Source: an uncultured delta proteobacterium
GTDB lineage: Bacteria; Desulfobacterota; Desulfuromonadia; Geobacterales; Pseudopelobacteraceae
Length of the DNA: 64,000 bases
Assembly: GCA_963772835.1 (NCBI GenBank)
Contig: CAVYYZ010000002.1
Span: 96,001-160,000 of the forward strand
Direction: 5' to 3'
The notes under the pieces were generated by a model, which was not told where the DNA came from, searched no databases, and saw nothing but the letters and a program-made list of their open reading frames with translations. Made by a program: the position numbers and the translations under genes. Shown piece after piece: positions 9,115 to 18,111 of this stretch (within the stretch, counting starts at the first letter, position 1; every line of letters starts with the position of its first letter).

Positions 9115-10305
9115 CTACCCGACCTTTATGACGACGGATGCGGCGGTGTCACCGGCAGCGCAGCCTGAGAAGAGCAGGTAACCGCCTCCCTTCATTGCCA
9201 ACTCCTCGATGCCTTCAATGATCAGACGGGCACCGGTGGGTGCCTGGGGATGACCGTAGATCAGGGAGGAACCGTAGTTGTTCATGCTGTTGGCATCCAG
9301 CCCCATAACTTTCGCCATGGCGATGTCATTGGCGGCAAAGGGGTTGTGCGTCTTGATGGCGGCCAGTTCAGCAACCTTTATGCCGGCGGCATCAAGCGCC
9401 ATCTGGGCGGAAGGTGCCACTGCAGCGGCCATGTACGCCTTTTTGGTGCGGGCATAGCCGTAGGAAATAATCTGTACGGGGATATTCGCATCGGCGCTGA
9501 GTTCACGGGCCCTGTCGCGGGTGGTGACGGAGATGCCGCAGTTGCCGTCAGCTGGGTAGGTCTGAGTGCCGTAGGTCAGTACGCCGTCGGGGAGGACCGG
9601 CCTGAGTCCTGCAAGCCCTTCCCGTGTTGTGGCGGTGACCCCTTCGTCCGCCTCGAGCGTGATGATTTTTTTCTTCGAGATCGGCACTTCAACCGAAAAC
9701 ATGTATCGCTTCTGAAATTCGCGGTCGTTGGCCAGCGCGTCCTGATACTGTTCATAGCGGCGGACAGTGAGATCGTCGCACTCTTCGCGGGTTACGCCGT
9801 ATTCCCGGCTGACATTCTCGGCGGTCTGGATCATGGCGTCACCAGCCCAGGGATCCCTGTTGACGTTGTCCATAAACCAGTCTTCGGTGAGGACCTTGCC
9901 ACCGGGACCGCCCGGATTCGGCCAGACGGCGTGCGGCCCGTTGGAACAGCGATCCGCGAGGAGGCACCAGCTGTTCTCGAACAGCCCGGTTTCGACCCCC
10001 ATGGCAGCCTGAAAAATCGAAAATGCAGATGTGGAACAGGCCTGGGTGATAAGTACACCGGGCACTTTCTCTGCCCCCATCATGGCGGCAGCCCAGGGGC
10101 CACTGTAGAACCACTGTTGCTGGTAAACAGTGCTACCGACCATGACATATTCAATCATGGCAGGATCCCACCCTTTAGAGGCGAAGAAGCGCTTCGATGT
10201 GGCGGCACCCAATACAATTGAATGCTCATTGGAAAGGGTCCCCTGCCAGCGGGCAAAGGGGGTGCTGTAGTAACCACGGTACGGGATAAATGCTTTTGTT
10301 AACAT
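9115..10305 (-). CDS. Thiolase-family protein (candidate 3-oxopimeloyl-CoA thiolase)
   Basis: QACSTS nucleophile, TAENV, YGHPQAPTG, GCAAG; follows bamR. Confidence 0.85.
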   Translation of the reverse strand: MLTKAFIPYRGYYSTPFARWQGTLSNEHSIVLGAATSKRFFASKGWDPAMIEYVMVGSTVYQQQWFYSGPWAAAMMGAEKVPGVLITQACSTSAFSIFQAAMGVETGLFENSWCLLADRCSNGPHAVWPNPGGPGGKVLTEDWFMDNVNRDPWAGDAMIQTAENVSREYGVTREECDDLTVRRYEQYQDALANDREFQKRYMFSVEVPISKKKIITLEADEGVTATTREGLAGLRPVLPDGVLTYGTQTYPADGNCGISVTTRDRARELSADANIPVQIISYGYARTKKAYMAAAVAPSAQMALDAAGIKVAELAAIKTHNPFAANDIAMAKVMGLDANSMNNYGSSLIYGHPQAPTGARLIIEGIEELAMKGGGYLLFSGCAAGDTAASVVIKVG

Positions 10306-10331
10306 AGGATTGAGCTCCTGTTAAATGTATT

Positions 10332-11102
10332 TCAGCGGTCCAGCCATACGGCGGGACGCTTGGCAATGAAGGAGGTTAATCCCTCCATGGCATCATGGGT
10401 TGCCATCAGTTCGTCGAGGTACAGTTTTTCAACTCTGGCAAGCTTCATTCTGACTCGCTGCATCAGTTCGCCCCGGGCAGCCTGCACTGCAAACCGCAGG
10501 GTACTGGCGCTCAGCGGTGCCAGATACTGATCGAAATAGTCCAGCGCCGCCTGGTCCGGATCGTCTGCAACTGTGGTGACCAGTCCAATACGGAAGGCCT
10601 CCTCCGCGGTGATGCTCCGTCCGGAAAAGAGCAGATCTTCCGCCTGTGCCTGACCGATTCGCTCCGGCAGGAGGCAGGAGGCCGCCGGAGCAAATACCGC
10701 CAGCTTGACCTCCGGCTGCCCCAGCATTGACCCTGGCGCTGCGAAAATCAGATGACCGGCGGCAGCCACTTCGAGACCACCGCCCAGACACTGACCGCGG
10801 ACAGCTACCAGCACAGGCACCGGGCTTTCAACCAACTGCAGAATCAAGGCATGCAGCTGATGCAGCATTCCGGCACACGACCCGGGGAGATGTTCCTCCA
10901 CACTGGCACCGAAACTGAAATGCGGCCCTTCGGCCGACAGCAGCACACCACGCAGACCGGCGTGCGGCAGATGTTCCGCAAGCGCCTCCTGCAGCGCCGC
11001 GATCATGGCAGCATCGATAATATTGGCTTTTGGACGGGCCAGGGTCAGCCGAAGCAGTCGGCCATCGCGATCCAGTGATACATTGAGTGGCTGTTCATTC
11101 AT
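10332..11102 (-). CDS. bamR: Cyclohexa-1,5-diene-1-carbonyl-CoA hydratase (Dch)
   Basis: RPKANIID, HFSFGASVEEH, CLGGGLE, QPEVKLAVFAPAAS, typical of Dch; adjacent to bamQ. Confidence 0.9.
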   Translation of the reverse strand: MNEQPLNVSLDRDGRLLRLTLARPKANIIDAAMIAALQEALAEHLPHAGLRGVLLSAEGPHFSFGASVEEHLPGSCAGMLHQLHALILQLVESPVPVLVAVRGQCLGGGLEVAAAGHLIFAAPGSMLGQPEVKLAVFAPAASCLLPERIGQAQAEDLLFSGRSITAEEAFRIGLVTTVADDPDQAALDYFDQYLAPLSASTLRFAVQAARGELMQRVRMKLARVEKLYLDELMATHDAMEGLTSFIAKRPAVWLDR

Positions 11103-11104
11103 GA

Positions 11105-12187
11105 TCAGACCCCTTTCCCGCCGGGAACCAGAATAGCGCGCCGGGTCAGTTTGTGAGCATGTGCAGCTGTAAAGACTTCATTGATCTCGTCAAGTGGATG
11201 CTTTTCTATGAAAGGAGCCAGAGATATCTTTCCGTCCAGAACCATGTCCAGCGCCGCCGGATAGAGTTCTGTCAGACAGCCCCAGTTGCCCAGAGCCCGG
11301 GCATGAAAAGCCATCAGGTTCGACAGGCGCAGTTCTATTTTATCCATGGTGAAACCGACAACCGACAGTGTTGCGCCGTAGGTAAGGAGGTTGTACGCCG
11401 CTTCCTGACCGGCTGCCGTACCCGAACATTCAAATATTTTCCATCCGGTTTCAGGGAGACCGTTCTCTTTCACAAAAGCCGTAATCGCCTTCTTCTGATC
11501 ACGCCCCTGCACCTGCCGGACATTGATCGTCAGGGCGGCTCCATAGTTCGCCATGTTGTCAAGTTTGGCCTGATCAACATCCAGAGCCACCACCGTGGCA
11601 CCGAACGCTCTGGCGATCTGGACCGCATAACCGCCGACTCCGCCGATTCCGACCACGATTGCAAGATCACCGGCTTTTACACCGGACTGAAGCGTCGCCT
11701 GGTACGGCGTGGTCACTGCATCAGCTACCACCGAAACATCCGCCAGCTGCAATCCTGCAGCGGCAAGGCGTTGCTCATCCACCGGACAGAGTCCGCGGGC
11801 AGGGACCCGGATATGAGTGGCAAATCCGCCCTGAATGTCGTTACCCGGCATCTGCTGTTTGCGACAGATCGTACCGTGCCCGGAAAGGCAGAGGGCGCAC
11901 ACACCGCACGGCACCACCGCAGGGATGATAACCGCTTTACCGAGCCATTCTTCAGTTCCCGGACCGGCAGCGACAACCCTGCCGCTGATCTCATGGCCGA
12001 GTGTCAACGGCAGTTCATGATTAAAACGCACACCGTCATAAAAATAGCCAAGGTCCGTGTGGCAGACTCCGCATCCTGCGACCTCAACCACCACCTCACC
12101 TGCAGCAGGCGGAAATGGCTCAAAATCATTTTTCACCATGGGTTCCCCCATGACCGTCATTGCCCAGCGATACGGTTGTTTTGTCAT
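11105..12187 (-). CDS. bamQ: 6-hydroxycyclohex-1-ene-1-carbonyl-CoA dehydrogenase (Had)
   Basis: Zn-MDR motifs GCGVCHTD and [36 protein letters not shown]. Confidence 0.92.
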   Translation of the reverse strand: MTKQPYRWAMTVMGEPMVKNDFEPFPPAAGEVVVEVAGCGVCHTDLGYFYDGVRFNHELPLTLGHEISGRVVAAGPGTEEWLGKAVIIPAVVPCGVCALCLSGHGTICRKQQMPGNDIQGGFATHIRVPARGLCPVDEQRLAAAGLQLADVSVVADAVTTPYQATLQSGVKAGDLAIVVGIGGVGGYAVQIARAFGATVVALDVDQAKLDNMANYGAALTINVRQVQGRDQKKAITAFVKENGLPETGWKIFECSGTAAGQEAAYNLLTYGATLSVVGFTMDKIELRLSNLMAFHARALGNWGCLTELYPAALDMVLDGKISLAPFIEKHPLDEINEVFTAAHAHKLTRRAILVPGGKGV

Positions 12188-12282
12188 ATATTCTCCTTGG
12201 TTGCTGCAGTTATCACCCGTTGACCCGAGTAATCAATTACGTTCCGGTCACGTTCAAGAAACCATCTCAGACATAAATTCAC

Positions 12283-12317
12283 GTAAACCGGTACTACAAT
12301 ACCATTTACATGTCAAG
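12283..12317 (-). promoter_or_regulatory. TTGACA plus operator box upstream of the bamQ operon
   Basis: Minus strand reads TTGACA tgtaaat GGTATTGTAGTACC ggtttac. Confidence 0.75.
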
Positions 12318-12378
12318 CGTATAAAAAGAGGCTTTCAGCTGTAAAGGCTATTACATGGATTTCACTACCAGAGTCTGC

Positions 12379-13584
12379 TCAGACCCGTTCGATAATCAGT
12401 GCGATCCCCTGCCCAACGCCGACGCACATGGTGCAGAGGGCATACCGGCCACCGGTGCGCTGCAGATGGTACGTGGCGGTGGTGACGAGGCGCGCCCCGC
12501 TCATACCCAGTGGATGCCCTAATGCAATGGCACCGCCGTTCGGATTCACGTGAGGAGCGTCATCCGGCAGCCCCAGCCCGCGCAATACCGCCAGTGACTG
12601 GACGGCAAACGCTTCGTTCGATTCGATGATATCCATCTGTTCCAGCCTGAGTCCGGCCAGAGCCAGCACCTTGAGGGATGCGGGAACAGGCCCAATCCCC
12701 ATGATCCGTGGAGGGACGCCGGCCGACGCCATGGCGATAATCTTTGCCCGGGGAGTCAGACCATACTGTTGTGCCGCACCCTCCGATGCAATCAACAGGG
12801 CGCAGGCTCCGTCGTTGACCCCTGATGCATTTCCGGCGGTCACAGAGCCATGTGCTCTGAACGGTGTTTTCAGTGCGGCCAGATCCTCAAGGGTGCTTTC
12901 AGGGCGCGGGAATTCGTCGTGGTCGATTATCACGGCACTCCCTTTCCGCCGGGGTATGATGACCGGAATGATCTCGTCCCTGAAATTACCCGCGGCAACT
13001 GCCCGTGCGACCCTTTGCTGACTGCGCAGGGCATATGCGTCCTGGTCGGCGCGGGTGATGTTGTATTCGGCAGCCAGGTTTTCTGCTGTCTCAGGCATCG
13101 ATTCGATACCGTACTGATCCTTCATGAGCTGATTAGCAAAACGCCATCCGATGGTGGTGTCAAATATCTGGACGTCACGGGCAAAAGGGGCAGCTCCCTT
13201 GTTGAGGACATACGGCGCCCGTGACATGCTTTCCACTCCGCCTGCGATCAGCATCTGCGCCTCGCCCAGCCTGATCGCCCGTGCGGCTGAACCGACGGCA
13301 TCCATTCCTGAACCACAGAGGCGATTAAGGGTCACACCTCCCACGCTGACAGGAAGACCGGCCAGAAGGCCTGCCATGCGGGCGACGTTCCGGTTATCCT
13401 CCCCGGCCTGATTGGCACAGCCAAACATGACGTCGTCCACTTTTTCCCAATCGACTGACGCATTTCGCTCAATTAAGGCCTTTATGGGGAGTGCCGCCAG
13501 ATCATCTGTCCGGATACCGGCCAAACATCCGCCATAGCTGCCGATTGGTGTACGGACCGCATCACAGATATATGCTTCGCTCAT
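12379..13584 (-). CDS. pcaF: 3-oxoadipyl-CoA thiolase, PcaF/PaaJ type
   Basis: GCANQAGEDNRNVARM, NRLCGSG, DTTIGWRF, NEAFA, GHPLGMSG, CVGVGQG. Confidence 0.85.
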   Translation of the reverse strand: MSEAYICDAVRTPIGSYGGCLAGIRTDDLAALPIKALIERNASVDWEKVDDVMFGCANQAGEDNRNVARMAGLLAGLPVSVGGVTLNRLCGSGMDAVGSAARAIRLGEAQMLIAGGVESMSRAPYVLNKGAAPFARDVQIFDTTIGWRFANQLMKDQYGIESMPETAENLAAEYNITRADQDAYALRSQQRVARAVAAGNFRDEIIPVIIPRRKGSAVIIDHDEFPRPESTLEDLAALKTPFRAHGSVTAGNASGVNDGACALLIASEGAAQQYGLTPRAKIIAMASAGVPPRIMGIGPVPASLKVLALAGLRLEQMDIIESNEAFAVQSLAVLRGLGLPDDAPHVNPNGGAIALGHPLGMSGARLVTTATYHLQRTGGRYALCTMCVGVGQGIALIIERV

Positions 13585-13612
13585 AACGGTTCTCCTTCGT
13601 GATTATGAAACC

Positions 13613-13656
13613 AATAAACAGGTAATCAAGTACTTCATTACCTGTTTATTGTCAAG
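13613..13656 (-). promoter_or_regulatory. 38-bp palindromic operator plus TTGACA upstream of pcaF
   Basis: Perfect 14-bp arms AATAAACAGGTAAT (13613-26) and ATTACCTGTTTATT (13637-50); TTGACA on the minus strand at 13655-13650. Confidence 0.75.
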
Positions 13657-13818
13657 CGCTCATATCACCCGGTCACGCAAACAGATCACGATTCAGCAGG
13701 TTCGCGACATACTGCGACGGACAACCGCTGGAGTACCATAAACCGGTTACATCGCTGAATCGTGTCCGACGGGATTTGTTTCACTCACGCGAAACCGTAT
13801 CCAACGGGTGCCCTTTGA

Positions 13819-14082
13819 CTATCTATGCTCATTCCGCTCAACGCGCCGTTCTTTAGTATGCTTTTTATTCTGCCCTTTGTGCTTTCCCCGGTCACTTTTA
13901 CGTCCATGCCGGCCCTCTTGTGCGATACCCCTCTCCCGTTCATTGACATGTACCTGTCGCACTGGTTGAGGAGACCCGACGCGAACAGATGCATTCGGGG
14001 TATTGACATCAATATTTACTGCGGCAGCGGAAAAAGTGACTGATGCGAGAACAAGAACAATACTACCGGCTACTCTTTTCAT
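13819..14082 (-). CDS. Small exported hypothetical protein with basic C-terminal tail
   Basis: AGGAG RBS; signal peptide MKRVAGSIVLVLASVTFSAAA; Lys/Arg/His-rich tail. Confidence 0.7.
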   Translation of the reverse strand: MKRVAGSIVLVLASVTFSAAAVNIDVNTPNASVRVGSPQPVRQVHVNERERGIAQEGRHGRKSDRGKHKGQNKKHTKERRVERNEHR

Positions 14083-14158
14083 AACTACTCTCCTTTTTTA
14101 AACGTGCCGGATCCGAACGGCAGAGAAAAACTGTTTCAAGATCTGAAGCAATACCCGG

Positions 14159-14707
14159 TCAGACTTCACCCGTGTATTCACCCCGGGCCGGATAATCCTT
14201 TGCGATGGCAAAGTCAATTGCCCCGAGCAGTTCCTGAAATTGCGGACGTGCAAACGGCATGGTTTGGACGGCACCGTAATACAGCGTCCCGTCCGGTCGA
14301 ACGATAAAAACTCCCGGTTCACTGAACAGAGCCGGTTCCTCAATTCCGATGGAGGTTTTGCCGCGTGACGCGCTTATGTAGAGTCCCCATTGGCGGGCAG
14401 TTTTCAGACTCAAGCCGTATGCAAATGTGACTGCACGTGCATTGACTTTTTCAGCCATCTGCCTGCCGCGTTCTTCATTGTCACTGCTGACAGCGATGAT
14501 CTTAACGCCGCGTTCGGCGAATTCAGATGCAAGGCGGCCAAGTTCAAGAAGATATTTGGCGCAGACCGGGCAGTGAAGGCCGCGATAAAAGACAACAAGG
14601 TCAAATCGTTCTCCCGGAGCTGCCCCGAGTACGAAGCGGCCTCCAGTGGCAACCGGAACGTTGAGTGCAGGGACGGGACAACGCGGCAATAGTGCTTGTA
14701 ATATCAT
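14159..14707 (-). CDS. AhpC/TSA (redoxin) family peroxiredoxin-like protein
   Basis: VFYRGLHCPVC, IIAVSSD, EPGVFIVRPDG. Confidence 0.85.
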   Translation of the reverse strand: MILQALLPRCPVPALNVPVATGGRFVLGAAPGERFDLVVFYRGLHCPVCAKYLLELGRLASEFAERGVKIIAVSSDNEERGRQMAEKVNARAVTFAYGLSLKTARQWGLYISASRGKTSIGIEEPALFSEPGVFIVRPDGTLYYGAVQTMPFARPQFQELLGAIDFAIAKDYPARGEYTGEV

Positions 14708-14868
14708 TGAAGTATCCTTTCGGCCGGCGACCGGTTGGTAATAAGGCGCATAATGAAATTGGCAGGTGGATACCGGCTACGAACACGCCGTAATCAGAAA
14801 TAAACAACAGATTTTTACGTCAGGTTTCAGTTCGTGTCATCACACCGGTCTGTACCCCCGGAATGTTA

Positions 14869-15798
14869 CTACTTCGCTGCAGATGACACGATGTCAAGAT
14901 TGCCGCTTTGTGTCAGAATCCGGCCACCCTGCGGAGAATGTACAAAATCAGCGAATTGCCGTGCAACAGGCGTTATGCGGGAGGTTGTTACCAGATAAAG
15001 CGGCTTGAACAGCCGGTAACGCCCTGATGACACCGAAGTCAAATTGGGTACGGCACCATCAAATGCCAGCACTTTCAGCGGCAGTTTTTCAGTCGCAATT
15101 TGAGTAAGGGTTGAAGTTCCGATGGCTCCGGCAGTATTGGCCACGATTTCGACGCTCTCTCTGTCGGTCAGCGCAATTATCCTTCCCTTTCGATTTCTGG
15201 CAGATTTCAAAGCCTGGCTCATACCGGGCGATATAGCACTTATGATCACGGAGTCCGTATCTGTCTCGGGCCTCAGGATCAGACGTATGCGATTTCCGTC
15301 TGGCCAGCTTTGCATGGTGCCGGCATAGACACTCTCAAGTTCCTGCATCGACAAACCGCTCATACCAACTTTTTTATGCACTACAAACACGAAGGGGGTC
15401 CGGGCATATTCAACTGCGGATATTCCATTCACCCGCTCGTCACGGTTCAGGGCACTGCCGCTGATCGCGATGTCAAGCCTCCCCTGGAGCAGCGCCATGA
15501 CTCCGCCAGCACCGCCAAGATCTTGAATGATCTGCACCTTGGCTTCAGGATGAATCTTCTCGAACGCTTCTCCAAGCAGCTTCATCGTCCCAAGCCCGGT
15601 TCCTGTACCGCCGATTTTTATGATTTCCGCTGCATGTGCAAGGGCATTACATGGTGGTAACAGCGGCATTCCGACAAGGAGACACAATGCAACCGTTCCC
15701 GTTTTAAGTGCGCTGAAAATTGTTCCCCGGGCAATCCGGCAGGGGCCGAAAGTCGTTAATTTACGTGACCATTGTATCCAGGATACTAATGCAAACAT
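14869..15798 (-). CDS. PstS-like periplasmic binding protein (PBP2 fold), orphan
   Basis: IKIGGTGT, GGAGG...LDIAISG, YARTPFVFVVH, YRLFKPLYLVT. Start uncertain (ORF track 15867). Confidence 0.7.
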   Translation of the reverse strand: MFALVSWIQWSRKLTTFGPCRIARGTIFSALKTGTVALCLLVGMPLLPPCNALAHAAEIIKIGGTGTGLGTMKLLGEAFEKIHPEAKVQIIQDLGGAGGVMALLQGRLDIAISGSALNRDERVNGISAVEYARTPFVFVVHKKVGMSGLSMQELESVYAGTMQSWPDGNRIRLILRPETDTDSVIISAISPGMSQALKSARNRKGRIIALTDRESVEIVANTAGAIGTSTLTQIATEKLPLKVLAFDGAVPNLTSVSSGRYRLFKPLYLVTTSRITPVARQFADFVHSPQGGRILTQSGNLDIVSSAAK

Positions 15799-15817
15799 TG
15801 CTGACTCCGGTTCAACG

Positions 15818-16882
15818 TCACAGGGCTTGCAGCCGTGAGCGGCTGATTCCCAGATCTTCTGCGACACACAGAATTTCTTCCCAGGTCACTTCATCCAGTG
15901 ATATTCCGTCTGCCGAGCGCTCGGCATATTTCTTTTGTTCCGGTTCACCGGCCACCATCACGCATTCACCGGCCACTGAAGCTGGTGAGTTTTTGACATG
16001 ACGAATAACAGCGTCTATTTCACTCTGCATCCAGTCATGCTCGACCAGCCTTCCGGGATCGACTACGAAGGTAAGCATATTGTTAATAATCCCCCCCCGT
16101 CGTACGTTTTCAGGCTGTATCGTGCCTCCACCGGTAAGAACACCGGCAAGCAATTCGCAGAAAAAGGCTAAGCCGTATCCCTTGTGTTCTCCGAAAGGAA
16201 GCAGGGCACCGGCCGGTTCACGGAACATAACGACGGGATCTGTCGTCGGTTCACCGTCGGAGTCAAGCAGTAACCCCTCCGCCATACGCTCCCCTTTGTT
16301 CATGGCAACCATCGCTTTGCCGCGGGCAATCCTGCTTGTTGCCATGTCAAGAAGAACAGCCGGGTTTTGTGCAGTCGCAGGCATCGCGATGCATATCGGA
16401 TTAGTTGAGATCCGGGCGTCCCGGCCGCCAAAAGGGGCAACCAGGGGCGGATGATCTATCACATTAACAAAATGCAGAGAAACCAGCCCCGCTGCGATGC
16501 TCTGTTCACCATAAGAACCTACTCGCCCGATATGATGGGCATTGCGGAGTGCCATGACAACAAGACCCGTTTCCCGGCACCTGCTGATGGCGGCCTCCAT
16601 AGCCTCAAAGGCGACACGCTGTCCATATCCTCTCTGCCCGTCAAAAACCATGATCGACCCATCATTCCGGATCAGCTTGGCGCTCGTGCCGGGAATCAAC
16701 AGCCCGGCTTGCAGGTTTTTGATGTACGTGGGAAGCATGATGGCGCCATGGCTGTCGTGCCCGGTCAGGTTGGCACGGACAAGGTGCTCTGCAACCAGAG
16801 CGGCTTCATACTCGTCACTGCCGGCCTGCTGCAGAATTTCCTGCAGCAGGCTTTTCATGTTCTGTCTGGAAATAATTTTCAC
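15818..16882 (-). CDS. Malate/L-lactate/ureidoglycolate dehydrogenase family (Ldh_2), YbiC/HcxB-like
   Basis: GHDSHG, AHHIGRVG, TNPICIA, LDMATS, FGEHKGYGLA. Confidence 0.88.
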   Translation of the reverse strand: MKIISRQNMKSLLQEILQQAGSDEYEAALVAEHLVRANLTGHDSHGAIMLPTYIKNLQAGLLIPGTSAKLIRNDGSIMVFDGQRGYGQRVAFEAMEAAISRCRETGLVVMALRNAHHIGRVGSYGEQSIAAGLVSLHFVNVIDHPPLVAPFGGRDARISTNPICIAMPATAQNPAVLLDMATSRIARGKAMVAMNKGERMAEGLLLDSDGEPTTDPVVMFREPAGALLPFGEHKGYGLAFFCELLAGVLTGGGTIQPENVRRGGIINNMLTFVVDPGRLVEHDWMQSEIDAVIRHVKNSPASVAGECVMVAGEPEQKKYAERSADGISLDEVTWEEILCVAEDLGISRSRLQAL

Positions 16883-16894
16883 ATGTGCTCTATT

Positions 16895-18052
16895 CTATTT
16901 GAAGTCGGCGTGATCTTCCAGTTTCCATGTCCCGTTTTCAACTTTCATGAGAGACATGCCGAGCTGATTTACGCCGGAATGGTCGGTGGGTGACATTGTA
17001 AAAACCGACCCGGCACCTTTAAGCCCCTTCGTGCTTTCAATGGCATCACGCAATGCCGTCCGGAATTTTTCAGTGCCCGGTTTGCCTTTCTTAAGAGCCT
17101 TGGGCACCGCCGCCTCAACAATTTTCAATGCGTCCCAGGCCAGGGAGGCAAACATGGAACGCGGGCCGAATTTGGCTTCATAGGCTTTAATGAATTTGAG
17201 AGCCTCTACTTTGGTCGGATAGCCATCCGGTAGCTGCTCACCCACAACGACAGGAGGTGCAAGCATGAACGAGCCGTCCAGTGCTTTGCCGCCGACGCGG
17301 AGAAATTCGGCATTGGCAGCTCCGCCCGATTGATAGATTTTGCCTTTATAGCCGCGTTCGATCAGTGCGACATGGGGAAGAGCTGCCGGGGTACCGGAAG
17401 AAGCAATGAATATCGCGTCAGGGTTTCCCTGCATTGCATGCAGTACCTGCGCAGTAGCGCTGGTATCGGTCCGCTTGTATTTTTCAACCGTCAGTGTCTT
17501 GATCCCTTTCGGCTCGGAGAGGGCTTTGTACGCAGCGGTACTGACTTCTCCATATGCGTCATCCACCGCAATCACCGAAACAGTTTTGACTCCCTTCTTT
17601 ACCATATGATTGATCATTGCGGTAGCATAAACGGTTGTGTTGGCAGGAGCACTGAATATCCATTTACGTTTTTCATCCGATGCGGAGATGACAGCCGGTC
17701 CGGGTGAAAGCTGAATCATGGGGGTCTTGGATGCCGCCACCGCCTCAACTACAGCAGCAGAGGTCGGAGAGGTGCTGGGACCGATCAGCATATCAACCTT
17801 ATCTTCGGAAACCAGACGTTTAATGTTCTGAACGGCGGTAGTGGTGTCGGTGGCATCATCGTAGATGACGTAACGGACTTTCTGCCCGGCAATGACCGAC
17901 GGACCGAATGAGATGGCATTTTTTTCTGCTATGCCGAGAGAAGCCGCCGGGCCGGTCGAGGAAAGGTTTACCCCAATTGTAATCTCCGCCTGGGCTGTGG
18001 CGCCTGTTGCCATAACTGCACACATACTGATACCTGCCAGAAACTGTTTCAT
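16895..18052 (-). CDS. ABC substrate-binding protein, HAAT family, aromatic-acid type
   Basis: Signal peptide; TGPAASLG, SGTPAALP, MSPTDHSG. Confidence 0.88.
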   Translation of the reverse strand: MKQFLAGISMCAVMATGATAQAEITIGVNLSSTGPAASLGIAEKNAISFGPSVIAGQKVRYVIYDDATDTTTAVQNIKRLVSEDKVDMLIGPSTSPTSAAVVEAVAASKTPMIQLSPGPAVISASDEKRKWIFSAPANTTVYATAMINHMVKKGVKTVSVIAVDDAYGEVSTAAYKALSEPKGIKTLTVEKYKRTDTSATAQVLHAMQGNPDAIFIASSGTPAALPHVALIERGYKGKIYQSGGAANAEFLRVGGKALDGSFMLAPPVVVGEQLPDGYPTKVEALKFIKAYEAKFGPRSMFASLAWDALKIVEAAVPKALKKGKPGTEKFRTALRDAIESTKGLKGAGSVFTMSPTDHSGVNQLGMSLMKVENGTWKLEDHADFK

Positions 18053-18111
18053 ACCATACCTCCTGTTTTTTAGGTGGTCCCAAAGAACGCACCGGTTTCA
18101 CTGCTTCTGCA

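Noticed and set aside
9250..12223. Long plus-strand ORFs 9250-10221 and 11153-12223
   Set aside because: Antisense shadows of the thiolase and bamQ in GC-rich coding DNA.
13660..13818. Possible c-di-GMP (GEMM) riboswitch, common in Geobacteraceae
   Set aside because: The GGCAAA...GAAA...ACGCAAA pattern was not found on either strand.
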